Source: the human T2T-CHM13v2.0 reference genome, Homo sapiens
Length of the DNA: 64,000 nucleotides
Strand: one strand, 5' to 3'
Assembly: GCF_009914755.1 (NCBI RefSeq)
Contig: NC_060931.1
The position numbers and the translations under genes were made by a program. The notes beneath the pieces were generated by a model. It did not search any database. It worked only from the letters and a program-made list of their open reading frames with translations, and was not told the origin of the DNA. Positions 1-11,500 of this stretch are shown piece by piece (the stretch's first letter is position 1; each line of letters begins with the position of its first letter).

Positions 1-2015
1 CCCACTTGAAGATCCCTCAAAAAGACTGTTTCAAAACTGCAGTATCAGAAGGAAATTTCAACTATGTGAGTAGAATGCACACATCACAAAGTAGTTTCTG
101 AGAATGCTTCTGTCTAGTTTTTATATGAAGATATTTCCTTTTCGACCTTAAGCCTCAAAGTGCTGCAATTATGCACTTTCAGATTCTTCAAAAAGAGGGT
201 TTCAAAACTGCTCTGGCAAAAGGAAGTTTCAACGCTGTGAGTTGAATGCACACATCACAAAGAAGTTTCTGAGAATGCTTCTGTCTAATTTTTATGTGAA
301 GATAATCCTGTTTCCCAAGAAGGCTTCAAAGCACCCTAATATCCGCCTCCAGATTCTACAGAAAGAGTGTTTCAAAACTGCTCTAAGTAAAGGAAGGTTC
401 AACTCTGTGAGTTGAATGCAGACATCATAAAGGAGTTTCTGAGAATGCTTCTGTCTTGTTTTAATGTGAAGATATTTCCTTTTCAACCGATAGCCTAAAA
501 GAGCTCCAAATGTCCAACTGCAGATTTTTTAAAAAGAATGTTTCAAAACTGCACTATCAAAAGAAAGGTACAGCTCTGTGAGTTGAATGCACACATCTCA
601 AAGAAGTTTCTGAGAATGGTTCTGTCTAGTTTTTATGTGAAGGTATTCGCGATTCCAATGAAGTCTTCAAAGCGCTCCAAATATCTAAATGCGGATTCTA
701 CAAAAAGAGTGATTCAAAACTGGTCTATGAAAAGGAAGGTTCAGCTCTGTGAGTTGAACGCACACATCACAAAAAGTTTCGGACAATGCTTCCATTTAGT
801 TTTTAGGTGAAGATATTACCTTTTCAACCACAGCCTTCAAAACGCTCCAAATGTCCACTTGCAGATTCTACAAGAAGATTGTTTCCAGGCGGCTCTATCA
901 AAAGAAATGTTCAACTATGGGAGTAGAATACACACATCACAAAGTCGTTTCTGAGAATGCTTCTGTCTAGTTTTTATGTGAAGATATTTCCTTTTCTACC
1001 AGAGGCCTGAAAGCGCTCCAAATATCCAATTGCAGATTCTACAAAAAGAGTGTTTCAAAACTTCTCTATCAAAAGTAAGGGTCTGCTTTGTGAGTTGAAT
1101 GTACACATCAAAATGAAGTTTCTGATTATACTTCTGTCTACTTCTTATGGGAGGATATTTCCTTATCCGCAATGGTCCTCAAAGCCCTCGAAATGCCCAC
1201 TTGAAGATTCTTCGGAAAGACTGTTTCAAAACTGCTCTATCAAAAGAAAGTTTCAACTTTGTGTGTAGAATGCACACATCACAAAGTCGTTTCTGAGAAT
1301 GCTTCTGTCTAGTTTTTACAGGAAGATATTTCCTTTTCTACCATAAGCCTCAAAGCACTGCACATATGAACTGGCAGATTCTTTAAAAAGAGTGTTTCAA
1401 AACTGCTCTATCAAAACTGTTCTATGAACTCTGTGAGATGAATGGACACATCACAAAGATGTTTCTGAGAATGCTTCTGTCTAGGTTTTAGGTGAAGATA
1501 TTCTCGTTTCCAAAGAATGCTTCAAAGAGTACTTAAATATCCGCCTGCAGATTCTACAAAAGGAGTGTTTCAAAACTGCTCTAACAAAAGAAAGGTTCAA
1601 CCTGGGAGTTGAATGCACACATCACAAAGAAGTTTCTGAGAATGCTTCTGTCTAGTTTTAATGCGAAGATATTCCCTTTTCCATCATAACCTTCAAAGCG
1701 CTCCAAATGTCCATTTGCAGATTTTAGAAACAGAGTGTTTCCAGACTGCTCTATCAAAAGAAATTTTCCACTATGGGAGTAGAATGCAAACAACACAAAT
1801 TCGTTTCTGAGAATGCTTCTGTCTAGTTTTTATGTGAAGATATTTCCTTTTCTACCACAGGCATAAATGTGCTCCAAATATCCACTTGCAGATTCTAAAC
1901 AAAGAGTGTTTCAAAACTGCTGTATCAAAAGGAAGGTTCAATTCTGTGAGTTGAATGCACACATCACAAAGTAGTTTCTGAGAATGCTTCTGCCTAATTT
2001 TTAGATTTAAGATAT

Positions 2016-2373
2016 TCCCATTTCCAAAGAAGGCTTCAATTTGCTCCAAATATCCACTTGCAGAGTGTACAAAAAGAGGGTTTCAAAACTGCTCTATCAA
2101 AAGGAAGGTTCAACTCTGTGAGATGAATGCACACATCACAAAGTGGTTTCAGAGAATGTTTCTTTCTAGTTTTTAGGTGACGATATTCCCGTTTCCAATG
2201 TAGCACTCAAAGAGCTCCAAATATCCTCCTGCAGATTGTGCAAAAAGGGTGTTTCAAAACTGCTCTATCAAAAAGAAGCTTCAACTCTGTGAGTTGAATG
2301 CACAAATCACAAAGAAGTTTCTGGGAATACTTCTGTCTATTTTTATGTGACGATACTCCCGTTTCCAAAGAAG
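2016..2373 (-). promoter_or_regulatory. Three consecutive degenerate CENP-B boxes (monomers 12-14), repeated in each HOR
   Basis: tcccatttccaaagaag (2016-2032), tcccgtttccaatgtag (2187-2203) and tcccgtttccaaagaag (2357-2373). Each lacks the TTCG core needed for CENP-B binding. Confidence 0.85.
2276..2281. other. HindIII site (AAGCTT), one per HOR; lost in copies 17 and 22
   Basis: aaaagaagcttcaac in monomer 13; changed to aagaatcttcaac at ~46356 and ~60024. Confidence 0.85.
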
Positions 2374-2527
2374 GCTTCAAAGCACTCCAAATATCCACCT
2401 GCAGATTATAAAGGAAGAGTTTTTCAAAACTGTTCAATCCAAAGGAAGGTTCAGCTCCGCGAGTTCAATGCCCACATCACAAAGAAGTTTCTGAGAATGC
2501 TTCTGTCTAGTTTCAAGGGGAAGATAT

Positions 2528-2544
2528 TCCCGTTTCCAACGAAG
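2528..2544 (-). promoter_or_regulatory. Canonical CENP-B box (one per HOR)
   Basis: tcccgtttccaacgaag is the reverse complement of CTTCGTTGGAAACGGGA. Identical copies start at 2528, 5262, 7995, 10729, 13463, 16197, 18930, 21664, 24397, 27131, 29865, 32599, 35333, 38066, 40800, 43875, 46609, 49343, 52076, 54809, 57542, 60276, 63010. Confidence 0.95.
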
Positions 2545-5500
2545 GCTTCTAAGCGCTCCAAACATCCACTTGCAGAGTCTACAAAAAGACTGTTTCAAAA
2601 CTGCTCTATAAAAGTAAGGTTGTACTTTGTTAGTGGAATGCACCCATCAAAATGAAGTTTCTGAGAACACTTCTGTCTACTTTTCATGTGAAGATATTTC
2701 CTTATCCGCAATAGTCCACAAAGCCCTCAAAATGCCCACTTGAAGATCCCTCAAAAAGACTGTTTCAAAACTGCAGTATCAGAAGGAAATTTCAACTATG
2801 TGGGTAGAATGCACACATCACAAAGTAGTTTCTGAGAATGCTTCTGTCTAGTTTTTATATGAAGATATTTCCTTTTCGACCTTAAGCCTCAAAGTGCTGC
2901 AATTATGCACTTTCAGATTCTTCAAAAAGAGGGTTTCAAAACTGCTCTGGCAAAAGGAAGTTTCAACGCTGTGTGTTGAATGCACACATCACAAAGAAGT
3001 TTCTGAGAATGCTTCTGTCTAATTTTTATGTGAAGATAATCCTGTTTCCCAAGAAGGCTTCAAAGCACCCTAATATCCGCCTCCAGATTCTACAGAAAGA
3101 GTGTTTCAAAACTGCTCTATCAAAAGGAAGGTTCAACTCTGTGAGTTGAATGCAGACATCATAAAGGAGTTTCTGAGAATGCTTCTGTCTTGTTTTAATG
3201 TGAAGATATTTCCTTTTCAACCGATAGCCTAAAAGAGCTCCAAATGTCCAACTGCAGATTTTTTAAAAAGAATGTTTCAAAACTGCACTATCAAAAGAAA
3301 GGTTCAGCTCTGTGAGTTGAATGCACACATCTCAAAGAAGTTTCTGAGAATGGTTCTGTCTAGTTTTTATGCGAAGGTATTTGCGATTCCAATGAAGTCT
3401 TCAAAGCGCTCCAAATATCTAAATGCGGATTCTACAAAAAGAGTGATTCAAAACTGGTCTATGAAAAGGAAGGTTCAGCTCTGTGAGTTGAACGCACACA
3501 TCAGAAAAAGTTTCGGACAATGCTTCCATTTAGTTTTTGGGTGAAGATATTACCTTTTCAACCACAGCCTTCTAAACGCTCCAAATGTCCACTTGCAGAT
3601 TCTACAAGAAGATTGTTTCCAGGCGGCTCTATCAAAAGAAATGTTCAACTATGGGAGTAGAATACACACATCACAAAGTCGTTTCTGAGAATGCTTCTGT
3701 CTAGTTTTTATGTGAAGATATTTCCTTTTCTACAAGAGGCCTGAAAGCGCTCCAAATATCCAATTGCAGATTCTACAAAAAGAGTGTTTCAAAACTTCTC
3801 TATCAAAAGTAAGGGTCTGCTTTGTGAGTTGAATGTGCACATCAAAATGAAGTTTCTGATTATACTTCTGTCTACTCCTTATGGGAAGATATTTCCTTAT
3901 CCGCAATGGTCCTCAAAGCCCTCGAAATGCCCACTTGAAGATTCTTCGGAAAGACTGTTTCAAAACTGCTCTATCAAAAGAAAGTTTCAACATTGTGTGT
4001 AGAATGCACACATCACAAAGTCGTTTCTGAGAATGCTTCTGTCTAGTTTTTATATGAAGATATTTCCTTTTCTACCATAAGCCTCAAAGCACTGCACATA
4101 TGAACTGGCAGATTCTTTAAAAAGAGTGTTTCAAAACTGCTCTATCAAAACTGTTCTATCAACTCTGTGAGATGAATGGACACATCACAAAGAGGTTTCT
4201 GAGAATGCCTCTGTCTAGGTTTTAGGTGAAGATATTCTCGTTTCCAAAGAATGCTTCAAAGAGTACTTAAATATCCGTCTGCAGATTCTACAAAAGGAGT
4301 GTTTCAAAACTGCTCTAACAAAAGAAAGGTTCAACCTGGGCGTTGAATGCACACATCACAAAGAAGTTTCTGAGAATGCTTCTGTCTAGTTTTAATGCGA
4401 AGATATTCCCTTTTCCATCATAACCTTCAAAGCGCTCCAAATGTCCATTTGCAGATTTTAGAAACAGAGTGTTTCCAGACTGCTCTATCAAAAGAAATTT
4501 TCAACTATGGGAGTAGAATGCACACAACACAAATTCGTTTCTGAGAATGCTTCTGTCTAGTTTTTATGTGAAGATATTTCCTTTTCTACCACAGGCATAA
4601 ATGTGCTCCAAATATCCACTTGCAGATTCTAAACAAAGAGTGTTTCAAAACTGCTGTATCAAAAGGAAGGTTCAATTCTGTGAGTTGAATGCACACATCA
4701 CAAAGTAGTTTCTGAGAATGCTTCTGCCTAATTTTTAGATTTAAGATATTCCCATTTCCAAAGAAGGCTTCAATTTGCTCCAAATATCCACTTGCAGAGT
4801 GTACAAAAAGAGGGTTTCAAAACTGCTCTATCAAAAGGAAGGTTCAACTCTGTGAGTTGAATGCACACATCACAAAGTGGTTTCAGAGAATGCTTCTTTC
4901 TAGTTTTTAGGTGACGATATTCCCGTTTCCAATGTAACACTCAAAGAGCTCCAAATATCCTCCTGCAGATTGTGCAAAAAGGGTGTTTCAAAACTGCTCT
5001 ATCAAAAAGAAGCTTCAACTCTGTGAGTTGAATGCACAAATCACAAAGAAGTTTCTGGGAATACTTCTGTCTATTTTTATGTGACGATACTCCCGTTTCC
5101 AAAGAAGGCTTCAAAGCACTCCAAATATTCACCTGCAGATTATAAAGGAAGAGTTTTTCAAAACTGCTCAATCCAAAGGAAGGTTCAGCTCCGTGAGTTC
5201 AATGCCCACATCACAAAGAAGTTTCTGAGAATGCTTCTGTCTAGTTTCAAGGGGAAGATATTCCCGTTTCCAACGAAGGCTTCAAAGCGCTCCAAATATC
5301 CACTTGCAGAGTCTACAAAAAGACTGTTTCAAAACTGCTCTATAAAAGTAAGGTTGTACTTTGTTAGTTGAATGCACCCATCAAAATGAAGTTTCTGAGA
5401 ACACTTCTGTCTACTTTTCATGTGAAGATATTTCCTTATCCACAATAGTCCCCAAAGCCCTCAAAATGCCCACTTGAAGATCCCTCAAAAAGACTGTTTC

Positions 5501-8500
5501 AAAACTGCAGTATCAGAAGGAAATTTCAACTATGTGAGTAGAATGCACACATCACAAAGTAGTTTCTGAGAATGCTTCTGTCTAGTTTTTATATGAAGAT
5601 ATTTCCTTTTCGACCTTAAGCCTCAAAGTGCTGCAATTTTGCACTTTCAGATTCTTCAAAAAGAGGGTTTCAAAACTGCTCTGGCAAAAGGAAGTTTCAA
5701 CGCTGTGAGTTGAATGCACACATCACAAAGAAGTTTCTGAGAATGCTTCTGTCTAATTTTTATGTGAAGATAATCCTGTTTCCCAAGAAGGCTTCAAAGC
5801 ACCCTAATATCCTCCTCCAGATTCTACAGAAAGAGTGTTTCAAAACTGCTCTATCAAAAGGAAGGTTCAACTCTGTGAGTTGAATGCAGACATCATAAAG
5901 GAGTTTCTGAGAATGCTTCTGTCTTGTTTTAATGTGAAGATATTTCCTTTTCAACCGATAGCCTAAAAGAGCTCCAAATGTCCAACTGCAGATTTTTTAA
6001 AAAGAATGTTTCAAAACTGCACTATCAAAAGAAAGGTTCAGCTCTGTGAGTTGAATGCACACATCTCAAAGAAGTTTCTGAGAATGGTTCTGTCTAGTTT
6101 TTATGTGAAGGTATTCGCGATTCCAATGAAGTCTTCAAAGCGCTCCAAATATCTAAATGCGGATTCTACAAAAAGAGTGATTCAAAACTGGTCTATGAAA
6201 AGGAAGGTTCAGCTCTGTGAGTTGAACGCACACATCACAAAATGTTTCGGACAATGCTTCCATTTAGTTTTTGGGTGAAGATATTACTTTTTCAACCACA
6301 GCCTTCAAAACGCTCCAAATGTCCACTTGCAGATTCTACAAGAAGATTGTTTCCAGGCGGCTCTATCAAAAGAAATGTTCAACTATGGGAGTAGAATACA
6401 CACATCACAAAGTCGTTTCTGAGAATGCTTCTGTCTAGTTTTTATGTGAAGATATTTCCTTTTCTACCAGAGGCCTGAAAGCGCTCCAAATATCCAATTG
6501 CAGATTCTACAAAAAGAGTGTTTCAAAACTTCTCTATCAAAAGTAAGGGTCTGCTTTGTGAGTTGAATGTACACATCAAAATGAAGTTTCTGATTATAGT
6601 TCTGTCTACTTCTTATGGGAAGATATTTCCTTATCCGCAATGGTCCTCAAAGCCCTCGAAATGCCCACTTGAAGATTCTTCGGAAAGACTGTTTCAAAAC
6701 TGCTCTATCAAAAGAAAGTTTCCACTTTGTGTGTAGAATGCACACATCACAAAGTCGTTTCTGAGAATGCTTCTGTCTAGTTTTTATATGAAGATATTTC
6801 CTTTTCTACCATAAGCCTCAAAGCACTGCACATATGAACTGGCAGATTCTTTAAAAAGAGTGTTTCAAAACTGCTCTATCAAAACTGTTCTATCAACTCT
6901 GTGAGATGAATGGACACATCACAAAGATGTTTCTGAGAATGCTTCTGTCTAGGTTTTAGGTGAAGATATTCTCGTTTCCAAAGAATGCTTCAAAGAGTAC
7001 TTAAATATCCGCCTGCAGATTCTACAAAAGGAGTGTTTCAAAACTGCTCTAACAAAAGAAAGGTTCAACCTGGGAGTTGAATGCACACATCACAAAGAAG
7101 TTTCTGAGAATGCTTCTGTCTAGTTTTAATGCGAAGATATTCCCTTTTCCATCATAACCTTCAAAGCGCTCCAAATGTCCATTTGCAGATTTTAGAAACA
7201 GAGTGTTTCCAGACTGCTCTATCAAAAGAAATTTTCCACTATGGGAGTAGAATGCAGACAACACAAATTCGTTTCTGAGAATGCTTCTGTCTAGTTTTTA
7301 TGTGAAGATATTTCCTTTTCTACCACAGGCATAAATGTGCTCCAAATATCCACTTGCAGATTCTAAACAAAGAGTGTTTCAAAACTGCTGTATCAAAAGG
7401 AAGGTTCAATTCTGTGAGTTGAATGCACACATCACAAAGTAGTTTCTGAGAATGCTTCTGCCTAATTTTTAGATTTAAGATATTCCCATTTCCAAAGAAG
7501 GCTTCAATTTGCTCCAAATATCCACTTGCAGATTGTACAAAAAGAGGGTTTCAAAACTGCTCTATCAAAAGGAAGGTTCAACTCTGTGAGATGAATGCAC
7601 ACATCACAAAGTGGTTTCAGAGAATGCTTCTTTCTAGTTTTTAGGTGACGATATTCCCGTTTCCAATGTAGCACTCAAAGAGCTCCAAATATCCTCCTGC
7701 AGATTGTGCAAAAAGGGTGTTTCAAAACTGCTCTATCAAAAAGAAGCTTCAACTCTGTGAGTTGAATGCACAAATCACAAAGAAGTTTCTGGGAATACTT
7801 CTGTCTATTTTTATGTGACGATACTCCCGTTTCCAAAAAGGCTTCAAAGCACTCCAAATATCCACCTGCAGATTATAAAGGAAGAGTTTTTCAAAACTGC
7901 TCAATCCAAAGGAAGGTTCAGCTCCGTGAGTTCAATGCCCACATCACAAAGAAGTTTCTTAGAATGCTTCTGTCTGGTTTCAAGGGGAAGATATTCCCGT
8001 TTCCAACGAAGGCTTCAAAGCGCTCCAAATATCCACTTGCAGAGTCTACAAAAAGACTGTTTCAAAACTGCTCTATAAAAGTAAGGTTGTACTTTGTTAG
8101 TGGAATGCACCCATCAAAATGAAGTTTCTGAGAACACTTCTGTCTAATTTTCATGTGAAGATATTTCCTTATCCACAATAGTCCCCAAAGCCCTCAAAAT
8201 GCCCACTTGAAGATCCCTCAAAAAGACTGTTTCAAAACTGCAGTATCAGAAGGAAATTTCAACTATGTGAGTAGAATGCACACATCACAAAGTAGTTTCT
8301 CAGAATGCTTCTGTCTAGTTTTTATATGAAGATATTTCCTTTTCGACCTTAAGCCTCAAAGTGCTGCAATTATGCACTTTCAGATTCTTCAAAAAGAGGG
8401 TTTCAAAACTGCTCTGGCAAAAGGAAGTTTCAACGCTGTGAGTTGAATGCACACATCACAAAGAAGTTTCTGAGAATGCTTCTGTCTAATTTTTATGTGA

Positions 8501-11500
8501 AGATAATCCTGTTTCCCAAGAAGGCTTCAAAGCACCCTAATATCCGCCTCCAGATTCTACAGAAAGAGTGTTTCAAAACTGCTCTATGGAAAGGAAGGTT
8601 CAACTCTGTGAGTTGAATGCAGACATCATAAAGAAGTTTCTGAGAATGCTTCTGTCTTGTTTTAATGTGAAGATATTTCCTTTTCAACCGATAGCCTAAA
8701 AGAGCTCCAAATGTCCAACTGTAGATTTTTTAAAAAGAATGTTTCAAAACTGCACTATCAAAAGAAAGGTTCAGCTCTGTGAGTTGAATGCACACATCTC
8801 AAAGAAGTTTCTGAGAATGGTTCTGTCTAGTTTTTATGTGAAGGTATTCGTGATTCCAATGAAGTCTTCAAAGCGCTCCAAATATCTAAATGCGGATTCT
8901 ACAAAAAGAGTGATTCAAAACTGGTCTATGAAAAGGAAGGTTCAGCTCTGTGAGTTGAACGCACACATCACAAAAAGTTTCGGACAATGCTTCCATTTAG
9001 TTTTTGGGTGAAGATATTACCTTTCCAACCACAGCCTTCAAAACGCTCCAAATGTCCACTTGCAGATTCTACAAGAAGATTGTTTCCAGGCGGCTCTATC
9101 AAAAGAAATGTTCAACTATGGGAGTAGAATACACACATCACAAAGTCGTTTCTGAGAATGCTTCTGTCTAGTTTTTATGTGAAGATATTTCCTTTTCTAC
9201 CAGAGGCCTGAAAGCGCTCCAAATATCCAATTGCAGATTCTACAACAAGAGTGTTTCAAAACTTCTCTATCAAAAGTAAGGGTCTGCTTTGTGAGTTGAA
9301 TGTACACATCAAAATGAAGTTTCTGATTATACTTCTGTCTATTTCTTATGGGAAGATATTTCCTTATCCGCAATGGTCCTCAAAGCCCTCGAAATGCCCA
9401 CTTGAAGATTCTTCGGAAAGACTGTTTCAAAACTGCTCTATCAAAGGAAAGTTTCAACTTTGTGTGTAGAATGCACACATCACAAAGTCGTTTCTGAGAA
9501 TGCTTCTGTCTAGTTTTTATAGGAAGATATTTCCTTTTCTACCATAAGCCTGAAAGCACTGCACATATGAACTGGCAGATTCTTTAAAAAGAGTGTTTCA
9601 AAACTGCTCTATCAAAACTGTTCTATCAACTCTGTGAGATGAATGGACACATCACAAAGATGTTTCTGAGAATGCTTCTGTCTAGGTTTTAGGTGAAGAT
9701 ATTCTCGTTTCCAAAGAATGCTTCAAAGAGTACTTAAATATCCGCCTGCAGATTCTACAAAAGGAGTGTTTCAAAACTGCTCTAACAAAAGAAAGGTTCA
9801 ACCTGGGAGTTGAATGCACACATCACAAAGAAGTTTCTGAGAATGCTTCTGTCTAGTTTTAATGCGAAGATATTCCCTTTTCCATCATAACCTTCAAAGC
9901 GCTCCAAATGTCCATTTGCAGATTTTAGAAACAGAGTGTCTCCAGACTGCTCTATCAAAAGAAATATTCAACTATGGGAGTACAATGCACACAACACAAA
10001 TTCGTTTCTGAGAATGCTTCTGTCTAGTTTTTATGTGAAGATATTTCCTTTTCTACCACAGGCATAAATGTGCTCCAAATATCCACTTGCAGATTCTAAA
10101 CAAAGAGTGTTTCAAAACTGCTGTATCAAAAGGAAGGTTCAATTCTGTGAGTTGAATGCACACATCACAAAGTAGTTTCTGAGAATGCTTCTGCCTAATT
10201 TTTAGTTTTAAGATATTCCCATTTCCAAAGAAGGCTTCAATTTGCTCCAAATATCCACTTGCAGATTGTACAAAAAGAGGGTTTCAAAACTGCTCTATCA
10301 AAAGGAAGGTTCAACTCTGTGAGATGAATGCACACATCACAAAGTGGTTTCAGAGAATGCTTCTTTCTAGTTTTTAGGTGACGATATTCCCGTTTCCAAT
10401 GTAGCACTCAAAGAGCTCCAAATATCCTCCTGCAGATTGTGCAAAAAGGGTGTTTCAAAACTGCTCTATCAAAAAGAAGCTTCAACTCTGTGAGTTGAAT
10501 GCACAAATCACAAAGAAGTTTCTGGGAATACTTCTGTCTATTTTTATGTGACGATACTCCCGTTTCCAAAGAAGGATTCAAAGCACTCCAAATATCCACC
10601 TGCAGATTATAAAGGAAGAGTTTTTCAAAACTGCTCAATCCAAAGGAAGGTTCAGCTCCGTGAGTTCAATGCCCACATCACAAAGAAGTTTCTGAGAATG
10701 CTTCTGTCTAGTTTCAAGGGGAAGATATTCCCGTTTCCAACGAAGGCTTCAAAGCGCTCCAAATATCCACTTGCAGAGTCTACAAAAAGACTGTTTCAAA
10801 ACTGCTCTATAAAAGTAAGGTTGTACTTTGTTAGTGGAATGCACCCATCAAAATGAAGTTTCTGAGAACACTTCTGTCTACTTTTCATGTGAAGATATTT
10901 CCTTATCCACAATAGTCCCCAAAGCCCTCAAAATGCCCACTTGAAGATCCCTCAAAAAGACTGTTTCAAAACTGCAGTATCAGAAGGAAATTTCAACTAT
11001 GTGAGTAGAATGCACACATCACAAAGTAGTTTCTGAGAATGCTTCTGTCTAGTTTTTATATGAAGATATTTCCTTTTCGACCTTAAGCCTCAAAGTGCTG
11101 CAATTATGCACTTTCAGATTCTTCAAAAAGAGGGTTTCAAAACTGCTCTGGCAAAAGGAAGTTTCAACGCTGTGAGTTGAATGCACACATCACAAAGAAG
11201 TTTCTGAGAATGCTTCTGTCTAATTTTTATGTGAAGATAATCCTGTTTCCCAAGAAGGCTTCAAAGCACCTTAATATCCGCCTCCAGATTCTACAGAAAG
11301 AGTGTTTCAAAACTGCTCTATGAAAAGGAAGGTTCAACTCTGTGAGTTGAATGCAGACATCATAAAGGAGTTTCTGAGAATGCTTCTGTCTTGTTTTAAT
11401 GTGAAGATATTTCCTTTTCAACCGATAGCCTAAAAGAGCTCCAAATGTCCAACTGCAGATTTTTTAAAAAGAATGTTTCAAAACTGCACTATCAAAAGAA

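Larger units (their letters stand above)
1..2734 (-). repeat. Reference HOR unit (copy 1): 16 monomers, box types A B A B A A A A B A A B B B B A
   Basis: Box region after gaagata read for each monomer: A-type/pJalpha-like (ttccttttc..cc) near 135, 476, 817, 988, 1159, 1330, 1672, 1843, 2698; B-type (tcccgtttccaa-like) near 306, 647, 1502, 2016, 2187, 2357, 2528. Length 16x171 +1 (monomer 8) -3 (1-bp deletions in monomers 4, 9, 15) = 2734. Confidence 0.9.

Noticed and set aside
7766-8122. Longer ORFs unique to single copies (7766-8122, also 51847-52185 and 37369-37587)
   Set aside because: Each results from a private 1-bp deletion that fuses satellite reading frames; there is no sign of coding function.
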